Assembly: GCF_009914755.1 (NCBI RefSeq)
Contig: NC_060937.1
Direction: 5' to 3' (one strand)
From: the human T2T-CHM13v2.0 reference genome, Homo sapiens
Length of the DNA stretch: 64,000 nt
Below the pieces are notes generated by a model, which was given only the letters and a program-made list of their open reading frames with translations, made no database searches and had not been told where the DNA came from. The position numbers and the translations under genes were made by a program. Positions 1 to 15,681 of this stretch are shown in pieces; the first letter of the stretch is position 1, and each line of letters opens with the position of its first letter.

Positions 1-288
1 TAAATCTCTTGTTAAAGACTAAATATTAGGTTTGGTTTAAACAGTGACATAAATAGGACTTCTAAGATAACATTGTATAAAAATCATGGGTTTTTGATGA
101 TATATTTTAACTTCTCCACCATAGGTCACACAATTAGCCTTACTGGAAGGTCAAAAGGAGAAAATTAACAAGCTTTGAATTTTTTAAATGGAAACATGAA
201 TTTCATGTAAGAAAATGGAATAAGGTATTTTTGATATGGCTTGAACTTTTCTGACTTTAAAATCAACACCTTGATCTTTTTTATTTAA

Positions 289-703
<415 letters not shown>

Positions 704-820
704 TGAGCGGGACAGTGGCTTAGCTGTCTTGTAACTGTGAAGGTGTGCGTTAGGAGAATGTTCTATGCATAGAGGAGAGGAGAGAATTCAGTCCTGAAGA
801 GCAAATCTGTTAATTAACTC

Positions 821-840
821 ATGCTCCCTCTGCTGGCTGA
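821..840 (-). promoter_or_regulatory. CTCF-like motif
   Basis: Reverse complement TCAGCCAGCAGAGGGAGCAT matches the CCASYAGRKGGCRS core; motif only. Confidence 0.45.
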
Positions 841-992
841 CTTCTTTGGTCTCAGCAGAGACGAGTGGCAGAGGGCAAAATATGGAACAAGTGAACTGCA
901 CTGGTTGAATAACCTAAACATATACCTAAGTGTACTAAAATCACACTGACCACCATTAGGGAAAGGCACAAATTCTCCTCTAAAATTTATTA

Positions 993-1394
<402 letters not shown>

Positions 1395-2194
1395 TCAGTA
1401 ATGATATATATACCTCTAGTAACATCACAATCTATCTTTAAAATACATTTGTGTCAACTACAACTACAGCTGTTTTCTCATCACAGGTAAGTCTCTAGAA
1501 AGCAAGATACAAAACAAGCCTATGTAAATTAATTCATGCTTCTCATGCACAAGCAGACCTCATCAATAATAAAAAAAACTTTTGATCACTGTTTTGTAAG
1601 GCAAAGATCTTTCTGTAACAGATTGTGAACAATGAGCCTCTTTCTTGTTGTTTTATCTCTGACCTTGTTTTCAGAAGACCCTAAATCAATGTTTGCCCAG
1701 CTAGAAAGTACGTTTTGCCCCCTCAATCATCTTTGTAATCACTCATTACTGTAATGCTGAAGTTAATTGAAGTGGGTTATACCTATATGTTGCATTTTTA
1801 AAGTTGTTTTATGTTAACACTCCTGAGATCTAAAGACAAATTCTGTGCTATATTATTTCAGGAACACACAGAATGAGATTAGGAGCCCAAATGCATGAAT
1901 TCCTAATCCCATTTGTGGAGTACACGGTGTTGAATCTTCTTATCCTTCATTTTCAGATGGGAGGAAACTAAAACCCAGAGTAGGAATTAGAGTCAAGAGG
2001 TTAGTACCGAAAGAGTCAGCAGATACGAACTCTTTCAAATCTCAGAGTGCTTCTCTTTAGGTGAATTAAATAAACTCATACGCCAGAAGTGCCCATGAGT
2101 AAAGTGTTTGAAGGTGCATTGTGTTTTGTTAGTGCCTCCATTACCCTCTGGCAATAACCAAAACTATTGAATTGACCTCAATAAGCAAGACTCA

Positions 2195-2431
<237 letters not shown>

Positions 2432-3360
2432 CTAAAGGGGAACAAATGATCTCTGGAATTTATACAATTCATCCCCTACTATTTACATTTTCTGACAGCC
2501 GACTGGCCACAACTTTTCATTTAGCAGAGATTCCACTCACTGGTTGTACGTGCAATCTGTTAACTTTAAACAACAAACCTCATCTAGACTTGCTAGGTAC
2601 CTCAAAGGAAAGTCATCATGTGTATGCAGGAAAGAAATGGGGGTGTCCACACCGTGTGTGTGTGTGTGTACACCAGTGCGTTCTGCCTCTTCTTTTAACT
2701 TACTACTCTGGAGGCTCCACTGATGTCGATCTGGCTGGAATTCCTTTTATCAAGGTTACTGCTATTTTATTAATGACCTGCAACATGCTACTTGTTAATG
2801 ATCACAATTCTCCTTGTTGTCTCTGCAAAGACATTGATTTCATGCCTCCTTGGACATACAGGAAAAATAAAAAATTCTCTGAGCCCATTTCTATGGTTTT
2901 CCAGCGAGTTTTACTAGACAGTTGAATGGGCAACTGCTATAGCCAGGTATTTTATGCAATGGAATCAGGAGAGAGATACAATCACAATCACTTTAGTTTG
3001 CTTTCAGCAATAAGGGGCTCATAATCAATAACATGGTTTATATGAGGCAAACTTTTTTTTTTTAGTATAGAAGCCATAAGGTTTGTGGGATGCAAACTAG
3101 ATTTGCCATGTTAGACCTTATTAATGTATGTCTCATTCATACATAAAATTGTGATTAGTGTATTTGAACAATATAACTATCCATAGATATTTATGATGCT
3201 CTTAATTTAGATTTTACATGCATGGCCCTTATTTGCATATAATGAACTACTCTAGAGTCCATTTAAGAATTCGGTTAGGGAATCTAAGCCTCTGTAACTC
3301 ATACCTCTTGCGCTTATACCAAGAAATGCAGGAGATTTTACAAAACCATTACATTTTTCA

Positions 3361-3862
<502 letters not shown>

Positions 3863-3983
3863 TCATCTATTTCATAGCACTATATAGCAAGAAAATAAAA
3901 GAGAATTTTAATCGTTGTATGCATCATAAAATAGTACATGAAAACTTTAAATGTGCATGGAAAATGAAGTTGGTGATGCTTAC

Positions 3984-4040
3984 TAAAGTTGATGGTACTT
4001 TGTATTTTTCACAGCTCCTGTGACAGGGTCTGTTTTAGAT
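3984..4040 (-). CDS. NALCN: NALCN exon 23 (57 nt): (A)SKTDPVTGAVKNTKYHQL(Y)
   Basis: tctcttacag|ATCTAAA...CAACTTTA|gtaagc; phase 2-2. Confidence 0.96.
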
Positions 4041-5031
4041 CTGTAAGAGAACACATATATAAAATTCTGCAACAAAGCAAGCATGTTTTAACTTGCTAAA
4101 AATCATATTTGCAAACATCTCATCTACCTAAAATCTCTTTTACAGCCTCTCTACAATGTCCATTATAAAATATGTTAACTGTAGGTAACTCTGGAGGTCA
4201 GAGAACATTGATGAAAGAAAAAATCCAAAGAATTTGCAGTTGATGCTTATGAAAATAAAGTTTTATATTTCTCAAAATACTTGATTTTAGACTTTGTGAC
4301 TTTGTTCAGAATTTTCTGACATGGGTAGTACAAAATTAAGTTTTGACTTTCATTTAAAAACACTCATTTGAAATCTTTGCCTTCATAGTTCAAGAATGTT
4401 AGTTATTCAAGATTATTTAATTAAATACTCCATAATTTAAATAGACTTCTTCCCCCTGCATTTAACTGTGATGTGGTAGAATGATTTATTTAGAATTTCT
4501 TGGAAGGGAGAGTCGTTGTTTCTACTTTCAGGAAGCCTGTGAGCACTGTCAATGAGATTGCTTACAGTCTTTGTGTATGTGTCCCCAATTACAACAGAGT
4601 CTTCATCAATTGTATTCAACATCAGCTGCCTTGCTGATAAAAGGGAAATTACATCACACTAAGTGAAGTGGAGAATTAACCATGAGATGTTAAGGTACAG
4701 GCAGCCAACAGGATAATTCAAGATAAAAAAAAACGTACTTCAAGAACTGATCAAATCAATCTCCAAAATGGCATTTTCTTCCTTTACTTTGAAAACTCAT
4801 GGAAGATTTTAATAATTGTGACTCAGTTGCTTTAAATTGTGAAAGTCTTTATAGAATAGCAGAAAGAACAATAGTCTGGCAATCAAGAGAGAGCCAGGTA
4901 GTAGCTGGGTCCCTGAGCAAAGCCCTCAACTTCTGCACGCTTAAATGTCCTCCTCTGTTGAAGGAGGGGGCACACAAATGACACCGAGTGGTCCCTGAGG
5001 TCTCTTCCATCCCTGAAATGTTATAATAGTG

Positions 5032-5452
5032 TGTATTAGTTTCCTCGAGCTGCTGTAACAAAGTACCACTGGTGCTTAAGACTGGATGGCTCAAGCAACA
5101 TAAGTTTATTTTCTCATAGTTTTGGAGGCTGGAAATCCAAGATCAAGATGCCAGCTGAGTTGGTTCTTTCTGAGGGCTGTGAGGGAAAACCCTGTTCCAG
5201 GGCTGTCTCCTTGACTTGTGGAGAGCCGTCTTCTCCCTACGTGTCTTCGCAAGGTCTTCTCTCTGTATATGTCTGTGTCCAAATGTTCTCTTAAGGAAAC
5301 CAATCATATTAGATTAGGGCCCACCCTAATGATCTCATTTTAATTAACCTGTTTAAAATTCCTATTTCCAAATACAGTCACATTCTGAGGTTCTGAGGGT
5401 TTGGACTCTACCATATGGATTTTGTGGAGGGGGAACAATTCAGTCCATAACA
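5032..5452 (-). mobile_element. MLT1 (MaLR) solo LTR
   Basis: tgtattagtttcct...gctgctgtaacaaagtaccac...ggaggctggaaatccaagatcaag...ggattagggcccaccctaatga pattern. Confidence 0.85.
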
Positions 5453-5607
5453 GATAGTGATTATCATATGCTACTAATTAATAACAAAGAAATCAATTTA
5501 CTTAAACGATGGCATCAGGGACACTCCAACTACATAATGGGAACATGGAAAGTTTTCTCATTTCCTCCATGACTCTTAATGTCTTCAGAATATTTACTTA
5601 AAGGTAC

Positions 5608-5962
5608 TGATAGGGTTTGGCTCTGCGTCCCTACCCAAATCTCATCTTGAATGGTAGCTCCCATAATTCCCACATGTTGTAGGAGGGACCCAGTCAGAGA
5701 TAATTGAATCATGGGGGCGGTTCCCCCATACTGTTCTTGTGGTGGTGAATAAGTCTCATGAGATCTGATGATTTTATGAGGGGTTTCTGCTTTCACTTCC
5801 CTCTCTTGTCTGCTGCCATGTAAGATGCGCCTTTTGCCTTCCACCATGATTGAAAGGCCTCCCCAGCCACTTGGAACTGTGAATCCAATAAATCTCTTTT
5901 TCTTCATAAATTACCCAGTCTCAGGTATGTCTTTATCAGTGGCATGAAAATGGACTAATACA
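5608..5962 (+). mobile_element. THE1 (MaLR) solo LTR
   Basis: tgatagggtttggct...cccaaatctcatcttgaa...gactaataca; 5-bp TSD ggtac/ggtat. Confidence 0.93.
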
Positions 5963-6576
5963 GGTATGCTTGACAAAAATCCATTTCATCCATTTGTTGC
6001 CTGTCAAACTTGGCTTAGGTGTCCACAACTAGTGTCTTCAATGTCCACTCTACTTACGGCTTCTTACACATTTCTTCCATGTTGGTAGGGTAGAGACAGT
6101 GAACAGTGGGTTTCCTTCTTATAACAGTTGGTAATGAAAGCACTAATCAACTTTACGTTATTCTCCAAAAAACAAATTGAGGTATTTTTACCACAAAGGA
6201 ACTACAAGCCTCATGGAAGACATGGACAATGACCTTCCTTTCACCATGTCCTTTAGTCTCCTTTTGTCTCAGTACTTCCAAAATAAAATATGGAGTTAAT
6301 AATGCCGATATAAGTGTATCAGGAAACTGTTAAAATGCACAAACGAAAATGGCTGTTTTGTGTTTTATCAATGCGAGTTTTCTATAAATGTTAACTACTT
6401 GCGACCTTTGTTTTCCACCTGGTCGGGTGTTCAGCAAAGAGGAGCAGCATGATTAATTAGTCCGCAGTTTATTTTGTGACCCCATTAGGATTACACGTTC
6501 CTTCTTCTTCATATGACAACACCCCTGCTGTTTGCATGGCTCAGGCCAAACACCTGGCTGAAATGAAGTGTACTTA

Positions 6577-6714
<138 letters not shown>

Positions 6715-6733
6715 TCATGGGAGAATGAGGCTA

Positions 6734-6880
<147 letters not shown>

Positions 6881-6974
6881 CTAGAAATAAATTAACAGGG
6901 GGTGTGTTAAAACAGGAGGGTTTTGAATGCAAAATATATTATCAGTTAAAAAACTTAAAACTAATATCTCCCTC

Positions 6975-7325
6975 AATATAAAGTATAAATATTAATTACA
7001 TATATTTACTGTTAAACATATATTTATATATTTATACTAAATGTATATTTTACAATGTATATTTATACTAAATGTATATATTTACAACAAATATGTATAT
7101 TTACACTAAATGTATATATTTACATTAAATATGTATATTTATACTAAGTATATATTTACAATAAATATATATCATATGAAATGTATATATTTATAATTAT
7201 GTATATTTATACTAAAGGTATATATTTACATTAAATATGTAATTTAAAGTAAATGTATATACTTACATTAAATATATAAATTTACAGTATATAAAATATG
7301 TATACGATTAAATGCACATATTTAA
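6975..7325. repeat. AT-rich degenerate minisatellite (about 18-20-bp unit, aatgtatatttatactaa-like)
   Basis: Repeated atgtatatttac/tatactaaa units. Confidence 0.85.
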
Positions 7326-7370
7326 TGGCCACAGTCTTCATAGCAAGAGTATTTGTTCCTCTAAAAAGTA

Positions 7371-7820
7371 ATTCATTCAGCACATATTGATTGAAATCCT
7401 ATTATGTGCCAGGCACTATTCTAGTGTGCAGGATATGGCAAGTGGAAACAAAACATCCTTATTCTCATAGGATGTTCTAGTCAGTGGGAGACAGATAAAA
7501 AATAATTCAAAATAAGTATGTAAGAGGATGCTTAGTGATCCGATTTTTTAAAAAATCACAATGGGTGAAAGGCATAGAGAGACATAGACAGGCTAGAAGA
7601 TTATGATTTTAAATGAACAGGTCAGGGTAGACCTCAATATGAAGGTGCTATTTGAGGAAAGACTAGAAGGAGGTGAGGGTGCAGGCTGTGGTAGGACTAC
7701 AGAAATGTGTTCTTCCAGAGCTAGGAGCAGGCCTGGCGTGTCTACATGTGGAATAGCCAGGATGCCAGTGTGGGTAAAGCTAAGAGAGGTGAGCAGGCCA
7801 TGCAGGCCCTTCACAGCCCT
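7371..7820 (-). mobile_element. L2 LINE 3' fragment
   Basis: ttcattcagcacatattg...tatgtgccaggcactattcta...gaaggtgctatttgag. Confidence 0.75.
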
Positions 7821-9651
7821 TTAGATGGACCCCATGGAAGGTGCAAGGCCAGAGTTCCAGTAACTCAGTAGATTTTACAGAAAGCACTCCTTAGACTTAA
7901 TTATCTGTGTCTGCTATCATTCAGAATAAGTGAAAAAGTTAAAATTCTCTAATTTAAATCTCCCCTTTGTGGGAGAAAAGACATTATAAGAATTTATTGG
8001 AAATGATCAGAACCCCATGGCATTTTGCTATGGAGAAGGTGGGAGATGGATTTTACTATACTTCTACATGAAAAATAGGGTAGGAAGTCTCTGAAGAAGT
8101 AAGCTCCGGCACTGAGACTATTCAGATAGGGCCTTTGCTGTCTATGTTTAAACACATTATTTTCAAAGACATGTTCTGATTTGATTCTTAAGTAGGTTGT
8201 ACATTTCGGTTGAAACATATTGAAGGCGCTTTGAATGAGGGTTGCCTCTTTGACTTTTCACCTGAAAATGTTCTCCGTGCAATATGGCTGACTCTGCAGT
8301 TCTAAGTTGCGCAGGCCATATGTTGGATTTGATGGCAATTCTATGTCAACAATATGGTAGCCAATCAGATAGAGCTATGGATATTAAAAATCATGGTGGT
8401 AAACAGAGCTCTGTGCCAACTAGAACCATGTCTATAGGGTATTGGTGATATCAGGTGTTCTCATTGCCAACTTCTCGCTCTTGATTTTGCCCGGAACACT
8501 TAATAAAAACCATGTACTTGGACTAAAACAGCAGTTTCTACAGAATGAAAGCAGATGTAGTAGGCAAGCACTCCAAAAGCTCAAGAAATAAGAGATAAGT
8601 GGTGAAAAAGAGAAAAACGAAATAACCCCAAGGCTTTGCTAACTTTCTCTTGCTAGCCCTCCTTTCTCAAGTGCCATCCTTGGCTCTGAACATTCAAGAT
8701 TACTTTTTAAGCCAGTTCATCCAGATTCAACCTAACGCCTGTCTTTTTACCAGGGCTTCATAATTACGGTTATTTAATATGCATTTCCCAAACCTTTCAT
8801 TGTAATCTTTGCATGGTATAGCTGCTGGGCCATATAACGCTTGGCTTCTCTGCATTTTTTTCATGTCTCCTTCATTTCATTTGGGTCTCCGGGATAATGC
8901 AGATGGGTCTACGATAACCATCGTATCTAAAATTCCCTGTCCCCAAATCCCCACCTTTGATTTATTTACATGACTTCATTTTACTTTACATTATAAAGCA
9001 AATCTGTCACAGTAATGAAGAGATGATGGAAAATAAAAAGAAATCACTCCAGAAATTCCATTATATTTTTATGAACTTATTATCTGTCTCCTATTCTAAA
9101 ATTTAAGCTCCAGGAGGGCACTGAGTCTATCTTATTACCCCACTGCTCCTCGTTCCTTAAAACAGAACCCAGCACAGAGCAAACACTTGATAACTATTTA
9201 TAGAGCCAGTAAATAAATCCATGACTTAGAGTCTAAAAGCAAAAAGCTTTCCTGGGAAATACTAGGTAGTCCTTGACAGGAAAATTCTTCTAGAAATAAA
9301 ATTTCACTTCCTAATATATAAAGCCCTGAAATTATAGACCCTTGATCTAGATTCTAGAATATTCGATTCTCAGTGAATATTCAAAGTCAATGATGCAAAT
9401 CAATCCTATATACAATGCTTAAAATGTCTTTAATTTCAAGTCAAATCCAACTGATAATGACACTTTTGTGTTACTATTTTAACTAAGACATGTGCTTTGT
9501 GTGGGATGACTGGAGTTTTCTGCTGTTAACAGTTACTTCTGATACTTGGCTACATAATTCATATCCTGAGTTTCCTGATTCCCTCTGGTATGAAGTCTTA
9601 AGGAGACATGGGAATGCAGCAGAAAGACACTGGGCATTGTCTAAGCAGTCA

Positions 9652-9810
<159 letters not shown>

Positions 9811-10213
9811 TCAAGATCAAACTGGCCTTTCAAGCAGTGACCATGATAAAATCAAAATAAAACACTTTTTCTGCTACAACGCCACAAATGCCTATGATTT
9901 CTTTTCATAGCAGAAGCTTATACTCTCTCCAAATGTCTTTGATCCCATCTAACAAAATTCAGAATTTTTCCTTCTGATCTTAAAGGTGAGAATTTGGCCA
10001 TCTCTAAGGAAAAGGATTGTGAAGTAGAGATTTTTTTGAATCTTTGGATCTGATTAGGTGTTTCATTATTGTAACAAACAGCAAATAGAACGCGATTCCT
10101 CAGCCATGCCTGTCTGGCAGCCAGGGCTGACAGCCGTGACTGTGTACAGCGACCATTTCCTGTAAAACCCCCCTTTTTTAGAGTCTCTGAAGCCCTGTCT
10201 TCCCAAGTATTTA

Positions 10214-10402
<189 letters not shown>

Positions 10403-10647
10403 TTAAAGGCAACACCAATGAAAACACAAAATACAGCAAATAACGTATAATTATAAAGGAAAATGAACTTTACGCTCTGCGTCAAGAACACTTACAAAGC
10501 AGAAGTATCACAGCTATGAAGAAGGGCTGGAAAATAAACAGAAAGCTCCCCTCTTGCCCCTCCTCCTTCTGCCTCCTCCCTCCTTTCCAAAAATAATGGT
10601 AGAGCTTCTATCAGGACACCATAAGCAGAAGGCCAGCCTACCCACAG

Positions 10648-10991
10648 TGATATGGTTTGGCTTTGTCCCCACCCAAATCTCATCTTGAATTCCCATGTGT
10701 CGTGGGAGGGACCCGGTGGGAGGTAATTGAATCATGGGGGCAGGTCTTTCTTGTGCTTTTCTCGTGATTGTGAATTAGTCTCATAAGATCTGATGGTTTT
10801 AAAAAGGGGAGTTTCCCTGTACAAGCTCTCTTCTCTTGTCTGCTGCCATATAAGACGTGCCTTTCACCGTCTGCTATGATTGTGAGGCCTCTCCAGCCAC
10901 GTGGAACTGTAAGTTCACTAAACCTCTTTCTTTCGTAAATTGCCCAGTCTCAGGTATGTCTTTACTAGCAGCATGAAAACAGATTAATACA
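10648..10991 (+). mobile_element. THE1 (MaLR) solo LTR
   Basis: tgatatggtttggct...gattaataca; perfect 5-bp TSD cacag. Confidence 0.95.
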
Positions 10992-11989
10992 CACAGGCAA
11001 TCATGATGTCGGTTTTGAATTTAAACAAGGTTTCTAATAAACCCCCTTTGGGAAGGATTTGTCCACTCAGGCTCCTGGAATGATTAAATATATGTTCCAA
11101 GGAGATTTTGTAGAACTTTAGGAAGATAGGAAAACATAAGCTTACAAGCAAAAATGAGTCATAAAGAGAAGTAACTAAAGCTGGAATTATGCACAACAAT
11201 GTAAACATACTTAACACGACTGAACTGTACACTTAGAAATGGTTTAGATGGTAAATGTTATGTGTTGTTTTTAAAACCACAGTTCAAAAAAAAAAAAAAG
11301 CACACAGTTTTTGGAATTATTACCTACAGAAACCTCAATCTGAAGCTTGCAGCTTACTGGTAACCAGTTACCACTTGTTTAAACCACGAAGACTTTTAAA
11401 AACATGTTCTTTTTGGACAATAACTGGACTTGTGTTAATTTCTGATTTGCTAATGAGTGAAGACAATTGGGTGGCCTAACACCTGTGGTGTGAATGATTT
11501 TGGTGAGAAAAAAAAATTATTCTCCAGAAAATTTTCTCCAACTGGGAATGACAGGAATTCCCTTGAGATAGTTGATAAGTGGCAAGAAAATAACACAAGG
11601 GATTAAAAGACCTGTGTGCCAGAAGTTACACTGTTATGAAGTAGTTGAGTGATCTTTGGGCCTAACTTCCTCATTGGTAAAATGAAGAGAAAGCCTTGCT
11701 CTGAAAGATAGCTCACAGGTTGAAAATGCAATGATTTTATGATATGCAAATCTAATGATACTCTATTTGCTCAACACCTGAACACACAATTCTGCCATTT
11801 TTTACATATTATTTTCACATTTATGTTTCTTAAAATGCATTTCTTGAATGGCTTTGAATATGATTACCATCTGTCTGAGAATTAAGATCTTTGAGAAAAA
11901 GATTTGTATGTGCTTAGCGCACTTAAAATAGCAGCTCTTATGATACATGTATAATAGAAGCATTTTTAAGTATTTAAATATAACACATA

Positions 11990-12065
11990 TATTACAGAAG
12001 AACTTATATAATACATCATATAAGAACTTATTATATAGTAATACATTATATAAGAACTTACTAAA
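11990..12065. repeat. Short AT-rich tandem repeat (three agaactta-containing units of about 25-30 bp)
   Basis: agaactta...taatacat.atataagaactta repeated. Confidence 0.7.
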
Positions 12066-13249
12066 TATGTCATATTTAAGTCCTTAAAAATGCTTTTAAT
12101 GTGGATGAAGATAATTATGGTGAATATCTATGAAAAATCATACAAATTCACTGAATGTAAATGTATTCTTGGAAACAAACCCTAAATAATCACTATTTTT
12201 CATTTACTAAACAGCATGAAGCAACTTTTCTACAGATATATAAATATGTCTAACGAGAACATTCTGAAAAATCTTATTCCATTATACAAGGAGACCACTG
12301 GCCACACACAGGTTCCTGGTGAATGAGGGAAGGACCGCAGATGGAAGTTATAAACCTGAGGTTGGACGGTGGATGCAGGAGCAAGGCAATGGGAAGGAAG
12401 TTTTATGACCCTTTGGCCTAGAGCTCACCTGGATATTGAGACAGGTATAGAAAGATTCCCATGATAGGACGTTTCTGCATAATGAAACAGCCTTGTACAG
12501 CCTAAGCCATTGTCACATTTGTTGGTCATGTAAGAAATTTTGCTATTTTGGAAAATAACAGTGTTGGCAGAAAGCTATGAACTTCAGTTGGACACAATCA
12601 GACCTGCTAAGAGGTTACATATACTCTAATCCAATGTGCCCAGGTTCATACAAAAGCATGGTAAAAGTTTGCTTTATTATTTTTTAAAGGGAATACAATG
12701 TTACTATAGATAAGCATATACAGTAAGGCAAACCATGAAATAAATACCAAATAGTGTTTTAACATGCACAGTATAATGACAGACTGATATAAATGGGCTC
12801 TGAAAAGTAACATGAAATGAGAAATGAATATTTCACCTATGTGAAAGCACAAAAAAAGACTTGTTTTATACTCCATGTTCCTACAGTATGTTATTAACCA
12901 AGCTTGTTTAACGCTCATGGCATTTTGTTATCATTAGTTATTCCCCTTACTAGGCTGTGAGTTGATTAGGGACCACTTTATCACTCAGCCTCCCATTCCT
13001 AGGAAGTTCAGTTTCTGGCCCTCATGCTGCCTGATGAACAGAATGAGTAAGTGAAAAGGTGGGGAGGGGTGAGTAGGGAGGGTAGCGGCAGGTGCGTGGG
13101 GACTGTGTGACCCCATCCCTAACTTGCTAGCCTCTCATGGTTCAAAGAAGTGCACCCTGCAGTGCAGCTGCTGATGGAAAGTTCTGCCTTTGTCTGGAAG
13201 CCTAATGGAGAAGATGAGTTGAGAAAACATAAGCTTTAAAAGCACACAC

Positions 13250-13450
13250 TTCTGACTTCAGCTTTTATAAGCTGTGGGACCTTAGACAGGTGATGTGATT
13301 TCTCTAAGCCTCCATTTCCCATATGTAAAATGCAGAGAACAATAATGCCTTTCCTTCTGACTTCACAGGGAGCTGGAAGAAGTAAAGATGATTATGAATG
13401 TGACAGTGCTTTGGAAACATCAACGCTTTCTTTGAATTTTAGTTGCTATT
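13250..13450 (+). mobile_element. MIR SINE
   Basis: agctgtgggaccttagacagg...tctctaagcctccatttccc.atatgtaaaatg core. Confidence 0.75.
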
Positions 13451-13479
13451 ATTTCCTGTTGTATCTTTTCCCGCGTCAT

Positions 13480-13509
13480 GGTGGATGTTATAACACTCTA
13501 CATAGCATA

Positions 13510-13547
<38 letters not shown>

Positions 13548-13872
13548 CTTGCTCTTCCCATCTTGCTTGCTTGCCCTGGTGAAGCAAGCTGCATATTGTG
13601 AGGTGCTCTATGGAGAGTTCCACTTGGGGAGGAATCCAGCAAACCGGATGGAACTGAGGCCTTCATATCACAGCTCACGAGGAACTGAATCCACTAACAA
13701 CCATGCGATTGAGTGGGGCTCTTCCCATTCAAGTCCAAATGCATGCAGCTTGGAGAGAGACATGACTAAGGGATGCCCAGATTCCTGACTAAAACTGTGA
13801 GATGAAAAACGTGTTGTTTAAATCACTTAAGTTTTGGAGTAATTTGTCCTGCAGCAATAGATCACGAATGCG
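13480..13872 (+). mobile_element. MLT1F-like LTR with internal (CT)n
   Basis: ggaactgaggcct...ggaactgaatcc...aacaaccatg...aaactgtgagat...taagttttggagtaatttgt...gcagcaataga. Confidence 0.75.
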
Positions 13873-15550
13873 GTTATTATCACTGCCTTAAAAAGACTAA
13901 GCCTAACGAGCAGCATGGCTTACACAGCCCCGTTTAGTGTCCCTCTAACCTCCCTTTCTGGTCTCATCTTTACCAGGAGGAACCTCGTTCTCTCCATGCC
14001 ATTTTCTTTGTTCTTTTAGTTCGTCACATATGCCATGCTCCAAAGAGCTCTAAGAGAGTAGGGTTTTCTTTAAAATTGGTCATGATTATTTCTCAGCTCT
14101 TATCCACAGTAGGTGCTCAATAAATATTTGTGGAATGAATGAACCTTGAAATTCCGTGAAGATCAAATATTTTCTTTTCTGATCACTCCCTGCTTTTGAA
14201 GCATGAAAATAATCACGGACAAAACAGCATGTGTTTAAAATATACTTTTAAAGGGGCAAGTTAAATAATCTTAATTTTATCTCAAGTTAGAATATGATGC
14301 CACTCAAGAATAATGGGCTGCATACCTACACTAGAAGAGACAGTAATGAAAAAAAAAAGACATTGCTTCTTACGACTAAAAACTTCATACATCTTTCTCT
14401 ATGTTGTATGTGAAAGCTATTAGGGAAGCCTGAAAGCCAAGAGGGAGCAGAGCAGGCTGTAGCAGGTGAACTTAGTTCAATTTCTTTAACTGGAGATCAG
14501 ATCTGTTGCTGGGAACATAGTCTCCATATACCTCCTCTTACAGGAATCTAATACTTGCAAGCCGAAATAGTGAGTAACTACAAAATTTGAGACTTCCAAT
14601 ATTTTATATAAGAAATGAGATGCATACATCCTTAAAGTTACGAAGTAACAGACCTACCCAGAAGGAGAAGAACTTGAATATTCCATTTTGTTATATTTTG
14701 CCACTTTACATTTTTCATTAGTATTGAGATGCCTTTTGGTCTCATGTAAGGACAAAGGAGGTGCATTTTCAGAAAGAAAATGCTCATTTATTTGCTTCCC
14801 AGAGTAAAGGCAAGGCTAATTTTACTGGAAGAATACTGTGATCTTCAGGGACAGTCTCACTTTTCTTAGAGGAAAGACTGGGTAGTGTCAGGTACCAAGG
14901 TTTTTAACATCTTCCCTAGATCTTTTCACAATGGCAAGTACTAGAAGGCCAGTTTCTTAGGAACTCCATCTAGTGGCTTCATATAAAAAACTGGCCTGCC
15001 TCCTCAGCTTCTGCAACTGGGAGGCACAAGACTTCAAGTGTCTGGTGAAAAATAATGAAGTCTTTTGTCTTGTCTGGGTGAGGAAATTCTTCATTATGCA
15101 GGCATATGTAATCCCTTTATTCCTGTTCCCTGGAGGAGAATTACAGTGAGGCATTTTCCTTTTCCCAGTTGGGGTTAATGTTATGCCCTCTCTACCTTTG
15201 AAAGTAAAACAAGATGAGGACCCCTGAGGATGATTCAAATGTGGGAATATTCTTCAGCAAACACACATTCCCAGTTGCAAAAATATTACCCCTGGTTTCT
15301 TGCCAAGCCTTTGAGAAAAAATAATATGAAAGATTGATCCTTTTTTTTCCCCCTGCATTGCCTTTGTGCTGTGGAATTTCAATTGCTCCTTATATGACAG
15401 CCATATATATATATATATATATAATCTTTTATGGACGTTGGGGAAAGAGAATCATGTCTTGAAATTGTCTCTATTTTTCTTGACATTTCTCCATCTAAAA
15501 TATTTTAAAATTGGCCCAAAGATTATGGTTATAAGAGAGATCTTTGGAGC

Positions 15551-15556
15551 TTTATT
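15551..15556 (-). terminator. Candidate intronic polyadenylation signal (AATAAA) for the alternative last exon
   Basis: tttatt on the + strand, overlapping the stop codon of the putative terminal exon. Confidence 0.5.
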
Positions 15557-15681
15557 AGCCTTTAAACACCACTAGTTGTTTATAGACACAGTAGCAGGGG
15601 GTCCCCGGTTCTTTTCTTCTTTGTCTCCATGTCTTCTTTCTTAATGTCCCAGAACAAGGGTGTGGAAAAAGCCTATACATT
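15555..15681 (-). CDS. NALCN: Putative alternative terminal exon of NALCN, coding part (R)MYRLFPHPCSGTLRKKTWRQRRKEPGTPCYCVYKQLVVFKG*
   Basis: Acceptor cctctccctttcattacag|A; 41 open codons after phase-2 entry; GAAGAA-rich; ends GGC TAA TAAA with the stop overlapping AATAAA. Confidence 0.55.

Noticed and set aside
2446-2925. 159-aa + strand ORF
   Set aside because: Antisense in intron 25, spans a (GT)n run, no recognisable domain or gene structure.
8290-8530. Complex-looking segment that might be an ancient conserved repeat or enhancer
   Set aside because: No motif or family I can support from sequence alone.
13330-13788. 152-aa + strand ORF
   Set aside because: Runs through MIR, (CT)n and MLT1 sequence.
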